From positions 144,824-208,823 of the forward strand of contig JAVKIA010000001.1 in the NCBI GenBank assembly GCA_031459715.1: a stretch of 64,000 nucleotides of DNA, given 5' to 3'. Each line of letters opens with the position of its first letter. The first letter of the stretch is position 1. The notes under the pieces are model-generated. The model saw only the letters and a list, made by a program, of their open reading frames with translations. It ran no database searches and had not been told where the DNA came from. The stretch comes from Candidatus Humicultor tengchongensis. GTDB lineage: Bacteria; Sysuimicrobiota; Sysuimicrobiia; Sysuimicrobiales; Humicultoraceae. Positions 23,917-34,637 of the stretch are shown here, in pieces. The position numbers and the translations under genes are program-made.

Positions 23917-25896
23917 ATGAAGACGCCACTGTGGGTGCCTTCCGATGCGGTGAAGCGCCGGGCGAACATCACCAGGTTCATGGACATGGTCAACGGGCGG
24001 TGGGGCCTGGAGATCCAGTCGTACCCCGAGCTCTACGCCTGGTCCGTTGAGCACATCCCGGATTTCTGGGCCGCCATGTGGGACTTTGGGGGGATCCTCG
24101 CCTCCCGCGGGTACCGCCAGGTGGTGGATGACCTCACCAAATTCCCCGGGGCCAGGTGGTTCGACGGCGCCCGGCTGAACTTTGCGGAGAACCTCCTCAG
24201 GTACCGCGACGATCATCCCGCGCTGGTGTTCAGGGGAGAGACGCGGGCATCGGCGCAGCTGACGTACTCCGAGCTGTACGACGCCGTGGCCCGCCTGGCG
24301 GCATCCCTGCGCGAGCTGGGGATTCGCCCCGGCGACCGGGTGGCCGCCTACATGCCCAACCTCATCGAGACGGCCGTGGCCATGCTGGCGGCCACCAGCC
24401 TTGGGGCCACCTGGGCTTCCTGCGCCACCGACCTGGGTCCGCAGGCGGCGCTGGACCGCCTCGGCCAGGTGCACCCCAGAGTGCTCTTTACCTCCGACGG
24501 CTACTACTACAAGGGCACCCGCTTCGACACCCGGAGCAACGCGGCTGAGGTCGCCCGAGGCATCCCCTCCCTGGACAAGGTCATCGTCGTGCCCTACACG
24601 AGGGTGAAGCCCGACATCAGTGTCATCCCCAAGGCGGTGCTCTACGAGGACTTCCTGGTGCGGGGGGAAGGGCTGAAGATGGACTTCGCCCACCTGCCGT
24701 TCGATCATCCGGGCTTCATCATGTTCTCCTCCGGGACCACCGGGAAGCCTAAGTGCATGGTGCAGGGAGCGGGCGGCGTCCTGCTCAACCACCTGAAGGA
24801 GCTCCTCCTGCACACTGACCTAAAGCGGGAGGACAGCATCCTCTACATCACCACCTGTAGCTGGATGATGTGGAACTGGCTGCTCAGCAGCCTGGCCGTG
24901 GGTGCCACGGTGGTCCTATACGACGGCCATCCCGCCTACCCCGAGCCCGGTGCCATGTGGAAGCTGGTGCAGGACCAGGGCATCACCATCTTCGGGACCA
25001 GCGCCACCTACATCAACTTCCTCAGGCGGGAGGGGGTCAGGCCCGGCCGGGAATACGACCTGTCCACGCTGCGGGAGATCTCCCAGACCGGCTCCGCCCT
25101 CTCCGCCCAGGGCTTCGAGTACGTCTACCGGGAGATCAAGGCAGACCTGCACTTCAACTCCATTTCGGGGGGGACCGACATCAACGGCTGCTTTGCCGCC
25201 GGCAGCCCCATTCAGCCCGTGTACGCCGGCGAGCTGCAGGGCCCCGCCCTGGCCATGAAGGTCAAGGCCTATGACGAGGAGGGCCGGGAGGTGTGGGATC
25301 GGCAGGGCGAGCTGGTATGCGAGGCCCCCTCCCCTTCCATGCCCCTGTACTTCTGGAACGACCCCGATGGGGAGAAGTACCGCAACGCCTACTTCACCTT
25401 CTACCCTCAGAAGAACGTCTGGCGGCACGGCGACTTCATCGTCATGCACAGCGACACGGGGGGCATCACCTTTCACGGCCGATCCGACGCCACCCTGAAG
25501 CCGGCGGGGGTGCGCATCGGCACTGCGGAGATCTACAGCGTCGTGGAGAGCCTGGAGGAGGTGGCGGACAGTCTGGCCGTGGGACAGGACTGGCGCGGCG
25601 ACCAGCGCATCCTCCTGTTCGTGAAGCTGGCCCCGGGCTACACCCTGACCGAGGAGCTGAAGGGCAGGATCGCGACCGCGCTGCGCACCCGGGCCTCGCC
25701 GCGGCACGTTCCGGCGATGATCCTGGAGACCCCGGAAGTGCCCTACACCTTCAACATGAAGAAGGTGGAGAGCGCTGTGGCCAACATCATCAACGGCAGA
25801 CCCGTGGTCAACCGGGACGCCCTGGTCAACCCCCAGGCCCTGGACTACTTCGAGCGCATCCTCCCCGAGCTTGGGCGCGACTCCTTCGGGCGCTGA
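23917..25896 (+). CDS. Acetoacetate-CoA ligase (acetoacetyl-CoA synthetase)
   Basis: '[31 protein letters not shown]' N-terminus, the AMP-binding motif '[11 protein letters not shown]' and the AACS-specific C-terminus. ATG 23917 with SD ggtgggagg. Confidence 0.85.
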   Translation: MKTPLWVPSDAVKRRANITRFMDMVNGRWGLEIQSYPELYAWSVEHIPDFWAAMWDFGGILASRGYRQVVDDLTKFPGARWFDGARLNFAENLLRYRDDHPALVFRGETRASAQLTYSELYDAVARLAASLRELGIRPGDRVAAYMPNLIETAVAMLAATSLGATWASCATDLGPQAALDRLGQVHPRVLFTSDGYYYKGTRFDTRSNAAEVARGIPSLDKVIVVPYTRVKPDISVIPKAVLYEDFLVRGEGLKMDFAHLPFDHPGFIMFSSGTTGKPKCMVQGAGGVLLNHLKELLLHTDLKREDSILYITTCSWMMWNWLLSSLAVGATVVLYDGHPAYPEPGAMWKLVQDQGITIFGTSATYINFLRREGVRPGREYDLSTLREISQTGSALSAQGFEYVYREIKADLHFNSISGGTDINGCFAAGSPIQPVYAGELQGPALAMKVKAYDEEGREVWDRQGELVCEAPSPSMPLYFWNDPDGEKYRNAYFTFYPQKNVWRHGDFIVMHSDTGGITFHGRSDATLKPAGVRIGTAEIYSVVESLEEVADSLAVGQDWRGDQRILLFVKLAPGYTLTEELKGRIATALRTRASPRHVPAMILETPEVPYTFNMKKVESAVANIINGRPVVNRDALVNPQALDYFERILPELGRDSFGR

Positions 25897-25997
25897 GGTC
25901 CCGCGCCGCCCCGACTGCCGCCACCCGCCTGGAAGCGCAGGGTCGGACCTGGCTGGATGAGGCAGTCTGAGGCGGTGTTTTGAGGCAGTGCGGCGCG

Positions 25998-26025
25998 TTG
26001 ACAGCCGGCGGACGAGCCGTATAAT
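25998..26025 (+). promoter_or_regulatory. Near-consensus sigma-70 promoter (TTGACA-16-TATAAT) driving tRNA-fMet
   Basis: TTGACA at 25998-26003, TATAAT at 26020-26025. The mature tRNA 5' end is 13 nt downstream. Confidence 0.6.
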
Positions 26026-26037
26026 TAACGGTGCTGA

Positions 26038-26114
<77 letters not shown>

Positions 26115-26331
26115 CCGGTTTTGAAGGGGTTCCGTCGGCTGCCAGCCGCGGGACCCATATCAGTTTTTATCGGCGGTAGTCCTCGGAAGTATCTCCCTGC
26201 TCAACGGGCGCAGGGAAGGGTGCTTCCTGCCCGAGAGGCCCCCCGCTAGCCTTCTGGAACTCGGTTGGATCGAGGAGTTTGAGCCCCCGAGTAACTGTGC
26301 TAGCATCGACGATAGATTAGAGGGAGCGGAA

Positions 26332-27063
26332 GTGCTGGAAGCGCGCGTGGACAGGCTCGAGGTAGCTCTCCAGCGGCTGGCTGAGGCCCAGGCCGAGACG
26401 CAGGCAGAACTTCGCGCGCTGGCCGAGGCCCAGCGGCGGACGGAGCAGCGGTTGGAGGCACTGACCGCGCGGGTGGACGATCTGGCCGAGGCCCAGCGGC
26501 GGACGGAGCAGCGGTTGGAGGCGCTGACCGCGCGGGTGGACACCCTGGCCGTGCGGGTGGACACCCTGGCCGCGCAACTTAGCGAACTGGTGGTCCAGGT
26601 GTCCCGTCTTGCAGGCATTGTAGGAGACGTGCGCGGCAGGGTGCTCGAGCTCGACTACCGGGAGAAGGCGCACGCCTATTTCCTGAGGATCCTGCGGGCG
26701 ATCCACCTGGTGCCCCGGGCGGAGCTGGCCGCGATGGCCGAGGACGCCGAGGGGCGCGCCCTTCTTTCGCTGGACGAACACACGGATCTCTTGCAGGCCG
26801 ATGTGGTCATCCGCGGGCGGCGCCGAGATGGCGACGAAGAGTGCTACCTCGTCGCCGAGGTCTCCGCGGTGGTGGACGCACGCGACGTGGAACGGGCGGC
26901 TCGCCGGGCACGGCTGCTCCAGCGGATGGTCGCCATGCCGGCGCTGGCGGCTATGGCCGGGGAGCGCGCCACGGCCGATGCCAGCCGGGAAGCCGCCACC
27001 GCAGGGGTCTGGCTGGTGATCGACGGACGGGCCTACCCGCCAGGGAGCCTTCCGGAGAGCTGA
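26332..27063 (+). CDS. Hypothetical coiled-coil protein with tandem 21-aa repeats and an uncharacterised C-terminal domain
   Basis: GTG start with SD agggag. The N-terminal 100 aa are heptad-like and rich in A/E/R/L/Q. The C-terminal ~110 aa ('DLLQADVVIRGRRRDGDEECYLVAEVSAVVDARD') has a D...E pattern, possibly nuclease-like. No family could be assigned. Confidence 0.5.
   Translation: MLEARVDRLEVALQRLAEAQAETQAELRALAEAQRRTEQRLEALTARVDDLAEAQRRTEQRLEALTARVDTLAVRVDTLAAQLSELVVQVSRLAGIVGDVRGRVLELDYREKAHAYFLRILRAIHLVPRAELAAMAEDAEGRALLSLDEHTDLLQADVVIRGRRRDGDEECYLVAEVSAVVDARDVERAARRARLLQRMVAMPALAAMAGERATADASREAATAGVWLVIDGRAYPPGSLPES
26419..26544 (+). repeat. Perfect-to-near-perfect 63-bp tandem direct repeat (2 copies plus a partial third) inside the coiled-coil ORF
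   Basis: Unit 'ctggccgaggcccagcggcggacggagcagcggttggaggc(a/g)ctgaccgcgcgggtggac...' at 26419-26481 and 26482-26544, encoding 'LAEAQRRTEQRLEALTARVDD/T'. Confidence 0.8.
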
Positions 27064-27093
27064 TTGCCCAAGAGACGTTCGGGGGCTTCTTCA

Positions 27094-27122
27094 GGGGCTG
27101 CGGCGTAAAGGCCAGCAGCCCC
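27094..27122 (+). terminator. GC-rich hairpin (8-bp stem ggggctgc/gcagcccc) 30 nt after the coiled-coil gene stop; no U-tract
   Basis: Inverted repeat 27094-27101 / 27115-27122. Could be a weak terminator or RNA-stability element. Confidence 0.3.
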
Positions 27123-27186
27123 TGACTATGGTCGCCGCCGGGGCTGCCCTTGCGCCTGGCTCGGTGCCTTGCTAGCATCCTGCTGT

Positions 27187-27204
27187 AGACCGACGCGTCG
27201 GTCT
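27187..27204. promoter_or_regulatory. Perfect 18-bp palindrome AGACCGACGCGTCGGTCT just upstream of the men operon
   Basis: Self-complementary over all 18 nt. Lies 5 nt 5' of the first possible menF ATG (27210) and 36 nt 5' of the SD-supported ATG (27240). Candidate operator for a dimeric regulator, or an RNA hairpin. Confidence 0.35.
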
Positions 27205-27239
27205 ATCCCATGACCCCGAACCAGGACGGTGGAAGAAGC

Positions 27240-28736
27240 ATGGCAACCACGCCGGCCGGCACACACCGTGTCGACATGGCCGTTGCCCCGCTGATTCAGG
27301 GGCTCAGAGCCGCGTCGACGGTGGGCCGGCGGGTCGCCGCGCGTCAGGGGCGTCCGGTTCTGGTCTGGACCTCGGCCGCCGTTCCGGCGGTCGATCCCAT
27401 CGCTCTCTTCGAACGCGCCGCCGGGTTCGGGGCGGCACGGCTGCTGTGGGCGCGCCCGGCCGATGGGGAGAGTCTCGTAGGGATTGGGGCGGCCTGGGAG
27501 GCCACGGCGGAAGGCCCGGCGCGGTTGGGCGCGGTGGGGGATGCATGGCGCCGCTGCCTGGCTGAGGCAGTAGGTGTAGGCGATGGAGCCGGTCCGGCGG
27601 CGATGGGCGGCTTCGCCTTCGCTCCCACCGTCGATCCCCGGTCTCCGTGGCGCACGTTCCCGGCCGGCTGGCTGCTGGTACCGTGGCTGGTGGTTCGCAC
27701 AACCGGCGCAGGCTCTCAGGCGGTGCTCAGCACGCTGGTGCCCCCCGACGGCGACGGCACTTCCCCGTACAACGATGGCAGCTCCCTGCACGACGCCACG
27801 CACCTGGCCGCGTTGCTGGATCCGCAGGACGGGCCGGGGCGTCCGCAGCCTGTGCAGCCCGCCTCCTACCGCGTGCAGAACACGGTCACGACGGCTCCGC
27901 CGGTCGCGGAAATCCCGGCGACTTCACGCTGGAAGGCGCTGGTCGTCGAGGCCGCGGCGGCCGTGCGCGGCGGCGCGCTTCGCAAGGTGGTACTTGCGCG
28001 CGCCGTGACGGTGGACGGGGTGACGACCGGCCTGGCCACGGCGCTGCACCGCCTGCGCACCGCCTACCCGGGGTGCGCGCTGTTTGCGGTGGCCCGCGGC
28101 GACCTCTGCTTCCTGGGTGCGACCCCCGAGCGCCTGTTGCGGGTGCGAAACGGTGTGGTGAGCACCGGAGCCCTGGCCGGGTCGGCTCCCCGGGGCACGG
28201 CGCCGGAAGAGGACGAGTACCTGGGCCAGGTGCTGCTCGCCAGCTCCAAAGACCGGCTGGAGCACGCGCTGGTCGTGGAAGCGGTCCGCGACGCGATGAC
28301 CGCGGCGTGTGACGACGTGGTGGCCCCGCCCACCCCGGTCCTGCTGCGCATGCCCAACGTACAGCACCTCTATACGCCGCTGCGGGGGCGCCTGCGCGCC
28401 CCGCTGGAGATCCTGGAGCTGGCCAGCCGCCTGCATCCCACCCCTGCTGTGGGCGGCGTCCCCCAGGAGGCGGCCCTGAAGTGGATCGCCCGGCACGAGG
28501 GGTTCGAGCGTGGGTGGTACGCGGGCGTCGTAGGCTGGCTGGATGGGGCCGGCGACGGCGAGCTGTCGGTGGCCATCCGGTGTGCACTGCTGCGCGGCCG
28601 GCGCGCCACGTTGTTCGCCGGGTGCGGCATCGTGGGCGACTCCGATCCGGAGGCAGAGTACGCGGAGTCATGCCTGAAGCTGCGCCCCCTGGCCGAGGCG
28701 CTGGACGCGCCCGGGGCGCTCCATGGCTGCCGCTGA
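27240..28736 (+). CDS. menF: Isochorismate synthase (menaquinone-specific)
   Basis: Chorismate-binding C-terminal domain ('LHPTPAVGGVP...WYAGVVGWLDGAGDGELSVAIRCAL...AGCGIVGDSDPEAEYAE'). The ATG at 27240 has an SD ggtgga; the alternative ATG at 27210 has no SD. Confidence 0.8.
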   Translation: MATTPAGTHRVDMAVAPLIQGLRAASTVGRRVAARQGRPVLVWTSAAVPAVDPIALFERAAGFGAARLLWARPADGESLVGIGAAWEATAEGPARLGAVGDAWRRCLAEAVGVGDGAGPAAMGGFAFAPTVDPRSPWRTFPAGWLLVPWLVVRTTGAGSQAVLSTLVPPDGDGTSPYNDGSSLHDATHLAALLDPQDGPGRPQPVQPASYRVQNTVTTAPPVAEIPATSRWKALVVEAAAAVRGGALRKVVLARAVTVDGVTTGLATALHRLRTAYPGCALFAVARGDLCFLGATPERLLRVRNGVVSTGALAGSAPRGTAPEEDEYLGQVLLASSKDRLEHALVVEAVRDAMTAACDDVVAPPTPVLLRMPNVQHLYTPLRGRLRAPLEILELASRLHPTPAVGGVPQEAALKWIARHEGFERGWYAGVVGWLDGAGDGELSVAIRCALLRGRRATLFAGCGIVGDSDPEAEYAESCLKLRPLAEALDAPGALHGCR

Positions 28737-30546
28737 GCCTGGCCGCGCACCGCTAGCGCCCGAGAACGCCACCTATGCGTTCGTCGGCGCCCTGGTCGAC
28801 GAGCTGGTCCGGGCGGGTGTGCGTCACTTCTGCCTGTGCCCGGGATCCCGCTCGACACCGCTGGCCATGACGGCAGTCCGGCAGGGGGGCCTGAAGGTCT
28901 GGATGCACGTGGACGAACGCGCGGCCGCTTACTTCGCGCTGGGCCTGGCCAAGGCCTTGCGCTCGCCAGTGGCAGTGGTATCCACCTCGGGAACCGCGGC
29001 CGCCAACTTCCTCCCGGCGGTGATCGAGGCCCGGTTCGGCCGGGTACCGCTGCTGGTGCTTACCGCGGACCGGCCGCACGAGCTACGCGACGCCGGCGCC
29101 AACCAGACCATCGATCAGCTGCGGCTCTTCGGGGTGCAGGTGAAGTGGTTCGCGGAGGTTGCCCCGCCGCTGGCTACGGAGGCGATGCTGCGGTACGCGC
29201 GCCAGCTGGCAGCCCAGGCCACCTTCCACGCGGTTGAGGCGCCCGCAGGACCCGTGCACCTCAACTTCCCCTTCCGCGAGCCGCTAGTTCCCGTACCCGC
29301 ACCCAACGAGCTGCCCCCCACGGACGATCGCGCCGGACCTGCCTGGGAGGGCCGTGCGGAGGGGCAGCCTTACACGGTCGCGCTGCACGCCGTCCGGGCC
29401 CCGGATGCGGCGGTTGCGCGGGCGCTGGCTGGCATCGTGGGCGCCGCGCGGCGCGGCCTGATCGTCTGCGGGCCGCAGGACGATCCGGCCTTCCCCCAGG
29501 CGCTGACACGGCTGGCGGATGTGGTTCGCTTCCCGGTGCTGGCCGATCCGCTGTCCGGGGTGCGGTGCGGCCCCCACGACCGCAGCCTGGTGGTGGATGC
29601 CTATGATCTCGTCCTGCGCGCCGATCGCGCTGCGGCCACCCTCGAGCCCGACCTGGTCCTGCGCTTCGGCGCCATGCCGGCGTCGCGGCCGCTGCTGCAG
29701 TACCTGCAGCGCCACAGCCGGGCGCGGCAGGTCGTGGCCGACGGTGCCCGGTGGAGCGACCCCCTGCGCGTGGCCGCGCAGATCCTGGCAGCCGACCCAC
29801 GGCTGGTGTGCGAGGCCCTGACGGCGGCGCTGGCCGGTCACCGGCCCGCGCCGGCGCAGGAGGAGTGGACCGACCGCTGGCTGGAGCTGAGCTGCTCCGC
29901 CCGCGCCGCTGCCGCCCGCCGCCTGCTGGAGATCACCGAGCCGTTTGAGGGCAGGGTGTTCGCCGAGCTGGGGGCGCTGCTGCCCGATGGTGCGCTGCTG
30001 GTGGTGGGCAACAGCATGCCGGTGCGCGACCTGGACACCTTCCTGCCGTCGGTGCCCACGCGCCTGCGCGTGCTCGGCAACCGCGGCGCCAGCGGCATCG
30101 ACGGCCTGCTCTCCACCGCCCTGGGCGCCGCTGCGGCCGCCGCCGGCCCGGTGGTGGCCGTCCTGGGCGACCTGGCGTTCTACCACGACATGAACGGCCT
30201 GCTGGCGGCCAGGCTGCACGGGCTGGCGGCCACCATCGTGCTGCTCAACAACAACGGCGGCGGGATCTTCAACTTCATGCCGCAGGCAGCGTACCCGGCC
30301 TACTTCGAGGCGCTCTTTGGGGTGCCCCACGGGCTGGAGTTCCGCCATGCGGCCGATCTGTACGGCGCCACCTACGCGGTTTTCGAAGGATGGAGCGCCT
30401 TTGGCCAACAGGTGCGCGCGGGCCTGGCCCGGTCGGGGCTGACCATCGTGGAGATTCAGACCGATCGGGGGCGCAATGTCCGTCTGCACCAGGAGATCTG
30501 GGCCAGCGCCGCCGAGGCGCTCGGCGCCGGCCTGTCCACGAGGTGA
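28723..30546 (+). CDS. menD: 2-succinyl-5-enolpyruvyl-6-hydroxy-3-cyclohexene-1-carboxylate synthase (ThDP-dependent)
   Basis: ThDP-enzyme N-terminus '[30 protein letters not shown]' and ThDP motif '[12 protein letters not shown]...NNNGGGIF'. Confidence 0.85.
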   Translation: MAAAEPGRAPLAPENATYAFVGALVDELVRAGVRHFCLCPGSRSTPLAMTAVRQGGLKVWMHVDERAAAYFALGLAKALRSPVAVVSTSGTAAANFLPAVIEARFGRVPLLVLTADRPHELRDAGANQTIDQLRLFGVQVKWFAEVAPPLATEAMLRYARQLAAQATFHAVEAPAGPVHLNFPFREPLVPVPAPNELPPTDDRAGPAWEGRAEGQPYTVALHAVRAPDAAVARALAGIVGAARRGLIVCGPQDDPAFPQALTRLADVVRFPVLADPLSGVRCGPHDRSLVVDAYDLVLRADRAAATLEPDLVLRFGAMPASRPLLQYLQRHSRARQVVADGARWSDPLRVAAQILAADPRLVCEALTAALAGHRPAPAQEEWTDRWLELSCSARAAAARRLLEITEPFEGRVFAELGALLPDGALLVVGNSMPVRDLDTFLPSVPTRLRVLGNRGASGIDGLLSTALGAAAAAAGPVVAVLGDLAFYHDMNGLLAARLHGLAATIVLLNNNGGGIFNFMPQAAYPAYFEALFGVPHGLEFRHAADLYGATYAVFEGWSAFGQQVRAGLARSGLTIVEIQTDRGRNVRLHQEIWASAAEALGAGLSTR

Positions 30547-30550
30547 GAGG

Positions 30551-31369
30551 ATGCCCGTGAACTGGATGAAAGTACGTGAGTACACAGATATCGTCTACGA
30601 ACAGGCTGATGGGATGGCCAAGATCACCATCAACCGGCCTGAGGTCCGCAACGCCTTCCGCCCGCAGACCATCGTCGAGCTGATCGACGCCTTCACCCAC
30701 GCCCGCGAGGACCCAGCCGTGGGGGTCATCCTGTTCACCGGAGCGGGGACCGAGGCCTTCTGCTCGGGCGGGGACCAGCGCGTGCGCGGAGACGCCGGCT
30801 ACCTGGACGAGACGGGAATCCCACGCCTCAATGTGCTGGACCTGCAGCGGCTGCTCCGGGTGCTTCCCAAACCCGTGATCGCGCTGGTCGCGGGCTACGC
30901 CATCGGCGGCGGCAACGTGCTGGCCACCGTCTGCGACCTCACCATCGCCGCCGAGAACGCTGTTTTCGGCCAGACCGGGCCAAAGGTCGGCTCGTTCGAC
31001 GCGGGCTACGGGTCCACTTACCTGGCCCGCATCGTGGGTCACAAGAAGGCCCGGGAGATCTGGTACCTATGTCGCCAGTACACGGCGCAGCAGGCGCTGG
31101 AGATGGGGCTGGTCAACGCCGTGGTGCCGCTGGAACAGTTGGAGGAGGAGGGCATCCGGTGGGCCCGGGAAATCCTTGAGAAGAGCCCGCTGGCCATCAG
31201 GCTGCTCAAGGCGGCGTTCAACGCCGACACGGACGGACTGGCCGGCATCCAGCAGCTGGGCGGCGACGCCACGCTGCTGTACTACCTGACCGATGAGGCA
31301 AAGGAAGGGCGCGACGCCTTTCTCCAGAAGCGCCGACCCGACTTCTCCAGGTTCCCCCGCTATCCGTGA
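30551..31369 (+). CDS. menB: 1,4-dihydroxy-2-naphthoyl-CoA synthase (crotonase fold)
   Basis: '[23 protein letters not shown]', 'FCSGGDQ', '[19 protein letters not shown]' and '[14 protein letters not shown]'. Confidence 0.9.
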   Translation: MPVNWMKVREYTDIVYEQADGMAKITINRPEVRNAFRPQTIVELIDAFTHAREDPAVGVILFTGAGTEAFCSGGDQRVRGDAGYLDETGIPRLNVLDLQRLLRVLPKPVIALVAGYAIGGGNVLATVCDLTIAAENAVFGQTGPKVGSFDAGYGSTYLARIVGHKKAREIWYLCRQYTAQQALEMGLVNAVVPLEQLEEEGIRWAREILEKSPLAIRLLKAAFNADTDGLAGIQQLGGDATLLYYLTDEAKEGRDAFLQKRRPDFSRFPRYP

Positions 31370-32280
31370 CTGCCCGCCCTTCCGTGGCTCCGGAGCGCCG
31401 GCCCGTCTCCCGCCGGCGCGCCTGGGTGCATGCGGCGCGTATCCCCACGCTGCCGGCGGCCGTGGCCCCGGTGCTGGTGGGCAGCGGCGCCGCAGCCGCT
31501 GCAGGCGGGTTTGACGCGCCGGCAGCGCTGGGGGCGCTGGTGGTGGCCCTGGCCATCCAGATCGGCACCAACCTCCACAACGATGCCGCGGACTTCCTGC
31601 GTGGCACCGACGCGACACACCGACTGGGTCCGCCCCGCGTCACCCAGGCCGGCTGGCTTGCGGCGCACGAAGTGCTGGCCGGCGCCTACGCATGTTTCGG
31701 CCTGGCGGCGCTGGTGGGGCTTCTCTTCGTCTGGCGGTGGGGGTGGCCGGTGCTGGCGGCGGGGGGACTTTCCATCCTGGCCGCCCTAGCCTACACCGCT
31801 GGGCCCTGGCCGCTCGGCTACCACGGCCTGGGCGAAGTGTTCGTCTTCCTCTTCTTCGGCGTCGTGGCCACCGCCGGAACCGCCTTCGTTCAGTTGGGAC
31901 GGATCAGCCCGGCCGCGCTGGCGGCCTCGGTCCCGGTGGGCCTGCTGTGCGCAGCGATCCTGGTCGCCAACAACCTGCGCGATGTGGCCAGCGACGCCCT
32001 GGCGGGCAAGCGCACCCTGGCGGTGCGCCTGGGTCCGGATCGGACCCGTGTGCTCTACGAGGTTTTGCTGGCCGCCGCCGTGGCCGCACCGCCGGTTCTG
32101 CGGCTGGCCGGGCTGGCCGGGCGGTGGTTCTGGCTGCCCTGGCTGGCCCTGCCCGAGTTCCTGGCGCTGGGGCACGCCGCGTGGTGGCACCATGAGGCGC
32201 CCGCGCTGGTGGCCGTCCTGAAGCGCACGGCCCGGCTGCACCTGGTTTACGGGGCGCTTTTGGGCGCCGGCCTGCTGTGA
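31366..32280 (+). CDS. menA: 1,4-dihydroxy-2-naphthoate polyprenyltransferase (UbiA family)
   Basis: About 8 TM helices with UbiA Asp-rich motifs '[12 protein letters not shown]' and 'NNLRDVASD'. Confidence 0.8.
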   Translation: MTARPSVAPERRPVSRRRAWVHAARIPTLPAAVAPVLVGSGAAAAAGGFDAPAALGALVVALAIQIGTNLHNDAADFLRGTDATHRLGPPRVTQAGWLAAHEVLAGAYACFGLAALVGLLFVWRWGWPVLAAGGLSILAALAYTAGPWPLGYHGLGEVFVFLFFGVVATAGTAFVQLGRISPAALAASVPVGLLCAAILVANNLRDVASDALAGKRTLAVRLGPDRTRVLYEVLLAAAVAAPPVLRLAGLAGRWFWLPWLALPEFLALGHAAWWHHEAPALVAVLKRTARLHLVYGALLGAGLL

Positions 32281-34508
32281 GGCAGACCGACGCGGGCCAC
32301 GCGGCCCTGCACACCCCCGACTGGCTCGCCTACCGCGCCGCCGTCTCCCCAAGCCACCTGGCGCTGGTTGCCGGCGCCGAGCGGCTGACGTTCACCGACC
32401 TCGACCGCCGGGCTGGGGCTCTGGCCCGACGCCTGAGGCATGCGGGTGTGTCAGCCGGCGACCGCGTGGCGGTCCTCCTGCGCAACGGCCCGGCCTACGT
32501 CGAGGTGACCTTCGGCCTGGCGCGCGCAGGCGCCGTGATGGTACCGCTGAACACGCGCCTGGCCCCGCCGGAGATTGCCTGGCAGCTGACGGACAGCAGC
32601 GCCCGGTGGCTGGTGTGCGAGGAGCGTACGGCCGCACAGGTACCCGGGATCTCCCCGGACCTCTGCCTGGTGGTCGTAGAGGAGCTGGCCCGGGAGCCCG
32701 AGGGCGAGGTGACGCTGGACGACCGGTGGCACCTCTCCCGCGTGCAGGGCATCGTTTACACCTCGGCCACGACGGGCCGCCCCAAGGGGGCACAGCTCAC
32801 CTTCGGCAACCACTGGTGGAATGCCGCGGGCTCGGCGTTGCTCCTGGGTGCGCACCGCGGGGACGCCTGGCTGGCGGTGCTGCCCTTCTTCCATGTCGGC
32901 GGTCTGGCTCTGCTGTGGCGCGGTGTGCTGTACGCCACTCCCCTGGTCGTGCACGATGCCTTCGACCCGGAGGCCGCCAACCGGGCCGTGGACGCAGGGG
33001 AGGTGACCCTGGTCTCGCTGGTGGCTCCCATGCTCCAGCGCATGCTGGACGCCCGCCGGGATCGGCCGTTCCCTCCGACGCTGCGCGCTGTGCTGCTGGG
33101 AGGCGGGCCGACGGGCCGCGACCTCCTCGACCGGTGCGTGGCCCTGGGCGTGCCCGCAGCCCCCACCTACGGGCTGACGGAAGCAGCCTCGCAGGTGGCG
33201 ACGCTGCCGCCGTGGGAGTTCCCGCGGAAGGTCGGTGCATCCGGCCGGCCGCTGTTCCCGGTGGAGCTGTGCATCGATGCACCGCCCGGCGAGGTGGGGG
33301 AGATCCTGGTGCGCGGCCCCACGGTCATGGCTGGCTACTGGAACCGGCCCGAGGAGACCGCGCGGGTGCTGCGCAGTGGATGGCTGCATACCGGCGATCT
33401 GGGCTACGTCGATCCCGACGGTGATCTGTTCGTCGTGGACCGCCGCGATGACCTCATCATCACCGGCGGTGAAAACGTGTACCCCTCTGAAGTGGAGGAG
33501 GCGTTGCGGGCCCACCCCGCCGTGGCCGATGCCGGTGTCTTCGGGATGCCGGACCCCCTGTGGGGCCAGGCGGTCGCCGGGGCCGTGGTCGTCCGCCCAG
33601 GGGCCAGCGTGGACGCCGCTACGCTGGAAGCGTTCTGCGCGGCACGCCTGGCCCGCTACAAGGTGCCGCGGCGCGTCTGGTTCGTCACGGAGCTCCCGCG
33701 GTCGGCCGGGGGGAAGGTGATGCGCCGCGAGCTCCAGGCGCGTTTCGTGCCTTCGGTTCCCGGAAAGCCCACCGGCCCGCGCAGCGTACCGGGCGTCGCC
33801 CTGCCGGCCGCGGTGCCGCGGTGGTGGGTGCGCGACGCCTTCCACGCCATCGCCGGACGCTACGACCTCCTCAACCACCTGCTCAGCGGCGGCCTGCACC
33901 TGGTCTGGAAGCGTGCCGCTGTGCGGGCCGCTGCTCTGGGCCCCGGCGGCCGGGCGGTGGACGTGTGCTGCGGGACGGGGGACCTGCTGGTGGGGCTTGC
34001 CCGCATCGTCGGCCCCGGCGGCCGGGTGCTCGGTGTCGACTTTGCCGCGGGCATGGTGGCCGCAGCGGCCGCCCGCCTGGCACGCCGGCGGCTGGCCGGC
34101 GCTACCGTGCTGCTGGGAGATGCCGAGGCCCTGCCGCTAGGCGACGCGACGGTGGACGCGGCGACCATCGCCTTCGGCCTGCGCAACGTGGCGGACCCTG
34201 CCCGGGCGCTGCGCGAGATGCACCGGGTGCTGCGCCCCGGAGGGCGGTTGGTGGTGCTGGAGTTCGGGCAGCCTCGCCCGTCGTGGTTCCGAGCGCTCTA
34301 CGACCTCTATTCGCGCACGGTGATCCCGCGCTGCGGCGGCTGGCTCTCCGGGCGGCACGATGCCTACCGCTACCTGCACGACTCCATCCGCCAGTGGCCC
34401 GATCCGGAGCAGCTCAGTGACCTCATCCGCGAAGCAGGGTTTGCGCAGGTGCGCTATCACCTCCTGACGCGCGGCATCTCCGTGCTGCACCTGGGCACCA
34501 AGCCCTGA
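32277..34508 (+). CDS. Fusion protein: o-succinylbenzoate-CoA ligase (MenE, aa 1-~495) plus demethylmenaquinone methyltransferase (MenG/UbiE, aa ~518-743)
   Basis: Single uninterrupted frame of 743 aa. AMP-binding motifs ('YTSATTGRPKGA', 'GWLHTGDLGY', '...GKVMRRELQARF'), a ~20-aa Pro-rich linker, then the UbiE signature 'DAFHAIAGRYDLLNHLLSGGLHLVWKR' with SAM motif 'VDVCCGTGDL' and 'LRPGGRLVVLEF'. Confidence 0.8.
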   Translation: MRQTDAGHAALHTPDWLAYRAAVSPSHLALVAGAERLTFTDLDRRAGALARRLRHAGVSAGDRVAVLLRNGPAYVEVTFGLARAGAVMVPLNTRLAPPEIAWQLTDSSARWLVCEERTAAQVPGISPDLCLVVVEELAREPEGEVTLDDRWHLSRVQGIVYTSATTGRPKGAQLTFGNHWWNAAGSALLLGAHRGDAWLAVLPFFHVGGLALLWRGVLYATPLVVHDAFDPEAANRAVDAGEVTLVSLVAPMLQRMLDARRDRPFPPTLRAVLLGGGPTGRDLLDRCVALGVPAAPTYGLTEAASQVATLPPWEFPRKVGASGRPLFPVELCIDAPPGEVGEILVRGPTVMAGYWNRPEETARVLRSGWLHTGDLGYVDPDGDLFVVDRRDDLIITGGENVYPSEVEEALRAHPAVADAGVFGMPDPLWGQAVAGAVVVRPGASVDAATLEAFCAARLARYKVPRRVWFVTELPRSAGGKVMRRELQARFVPSVPGKPTGPRSVPGVALPAAVPRWWVRDAFHAIAGRYDLLNHLLSGGLHLVWKRAAVRAAALGPGGRAVDVCCGTGDLLVGLARIVGPGGRVLGVDFAAGMVAAAAARLARRRLAGATVLLGDAEALPLGDATVDAATIAFGLRNVADPARALREMHRVLRPGGRLVVLEFGQPRPSWFRALYDLYSRTVIPRCGGWLSGRHDAYRYLHDSIRQWPDPEQLSDLIREAGFAQVRYHLLTRGISVLHLGTKP

Positions 34509-34587
34509 CCCGCCCCCTGTCAAGAGCCAAGACGGCGATCGCGGTTCCTGGAGGAGAGCGGAGGTTCGCAGCACGCGTCGGGGTCCC

Positions 34588-34617
34588 TTGACAGCTCCCG
34601 CCTCTCCTTGCTATCGT
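34588..34617 (+). promoter_or_regulatory. Candidate promoter (TTGACA-18-TATCGT) for the cimA leader
   Basis: -35 at 34588-34593, -10 at 34612-34617. About 210 nt upstream of cimA. Confidence 0.35.
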
Positions 34618-34637
34618 CCGCTGCAAGTCCACGGGGT

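Noticed and set aside
26115-27209. Integrated mobile element or prophage remnant at the tRNA-fMet 3' end.
   Set aside because: No integrase, recombinase or phage genes, and no direct repeat of the tRNA 3' end within the window. Only a single small ORF lies between the tRNA and menF.
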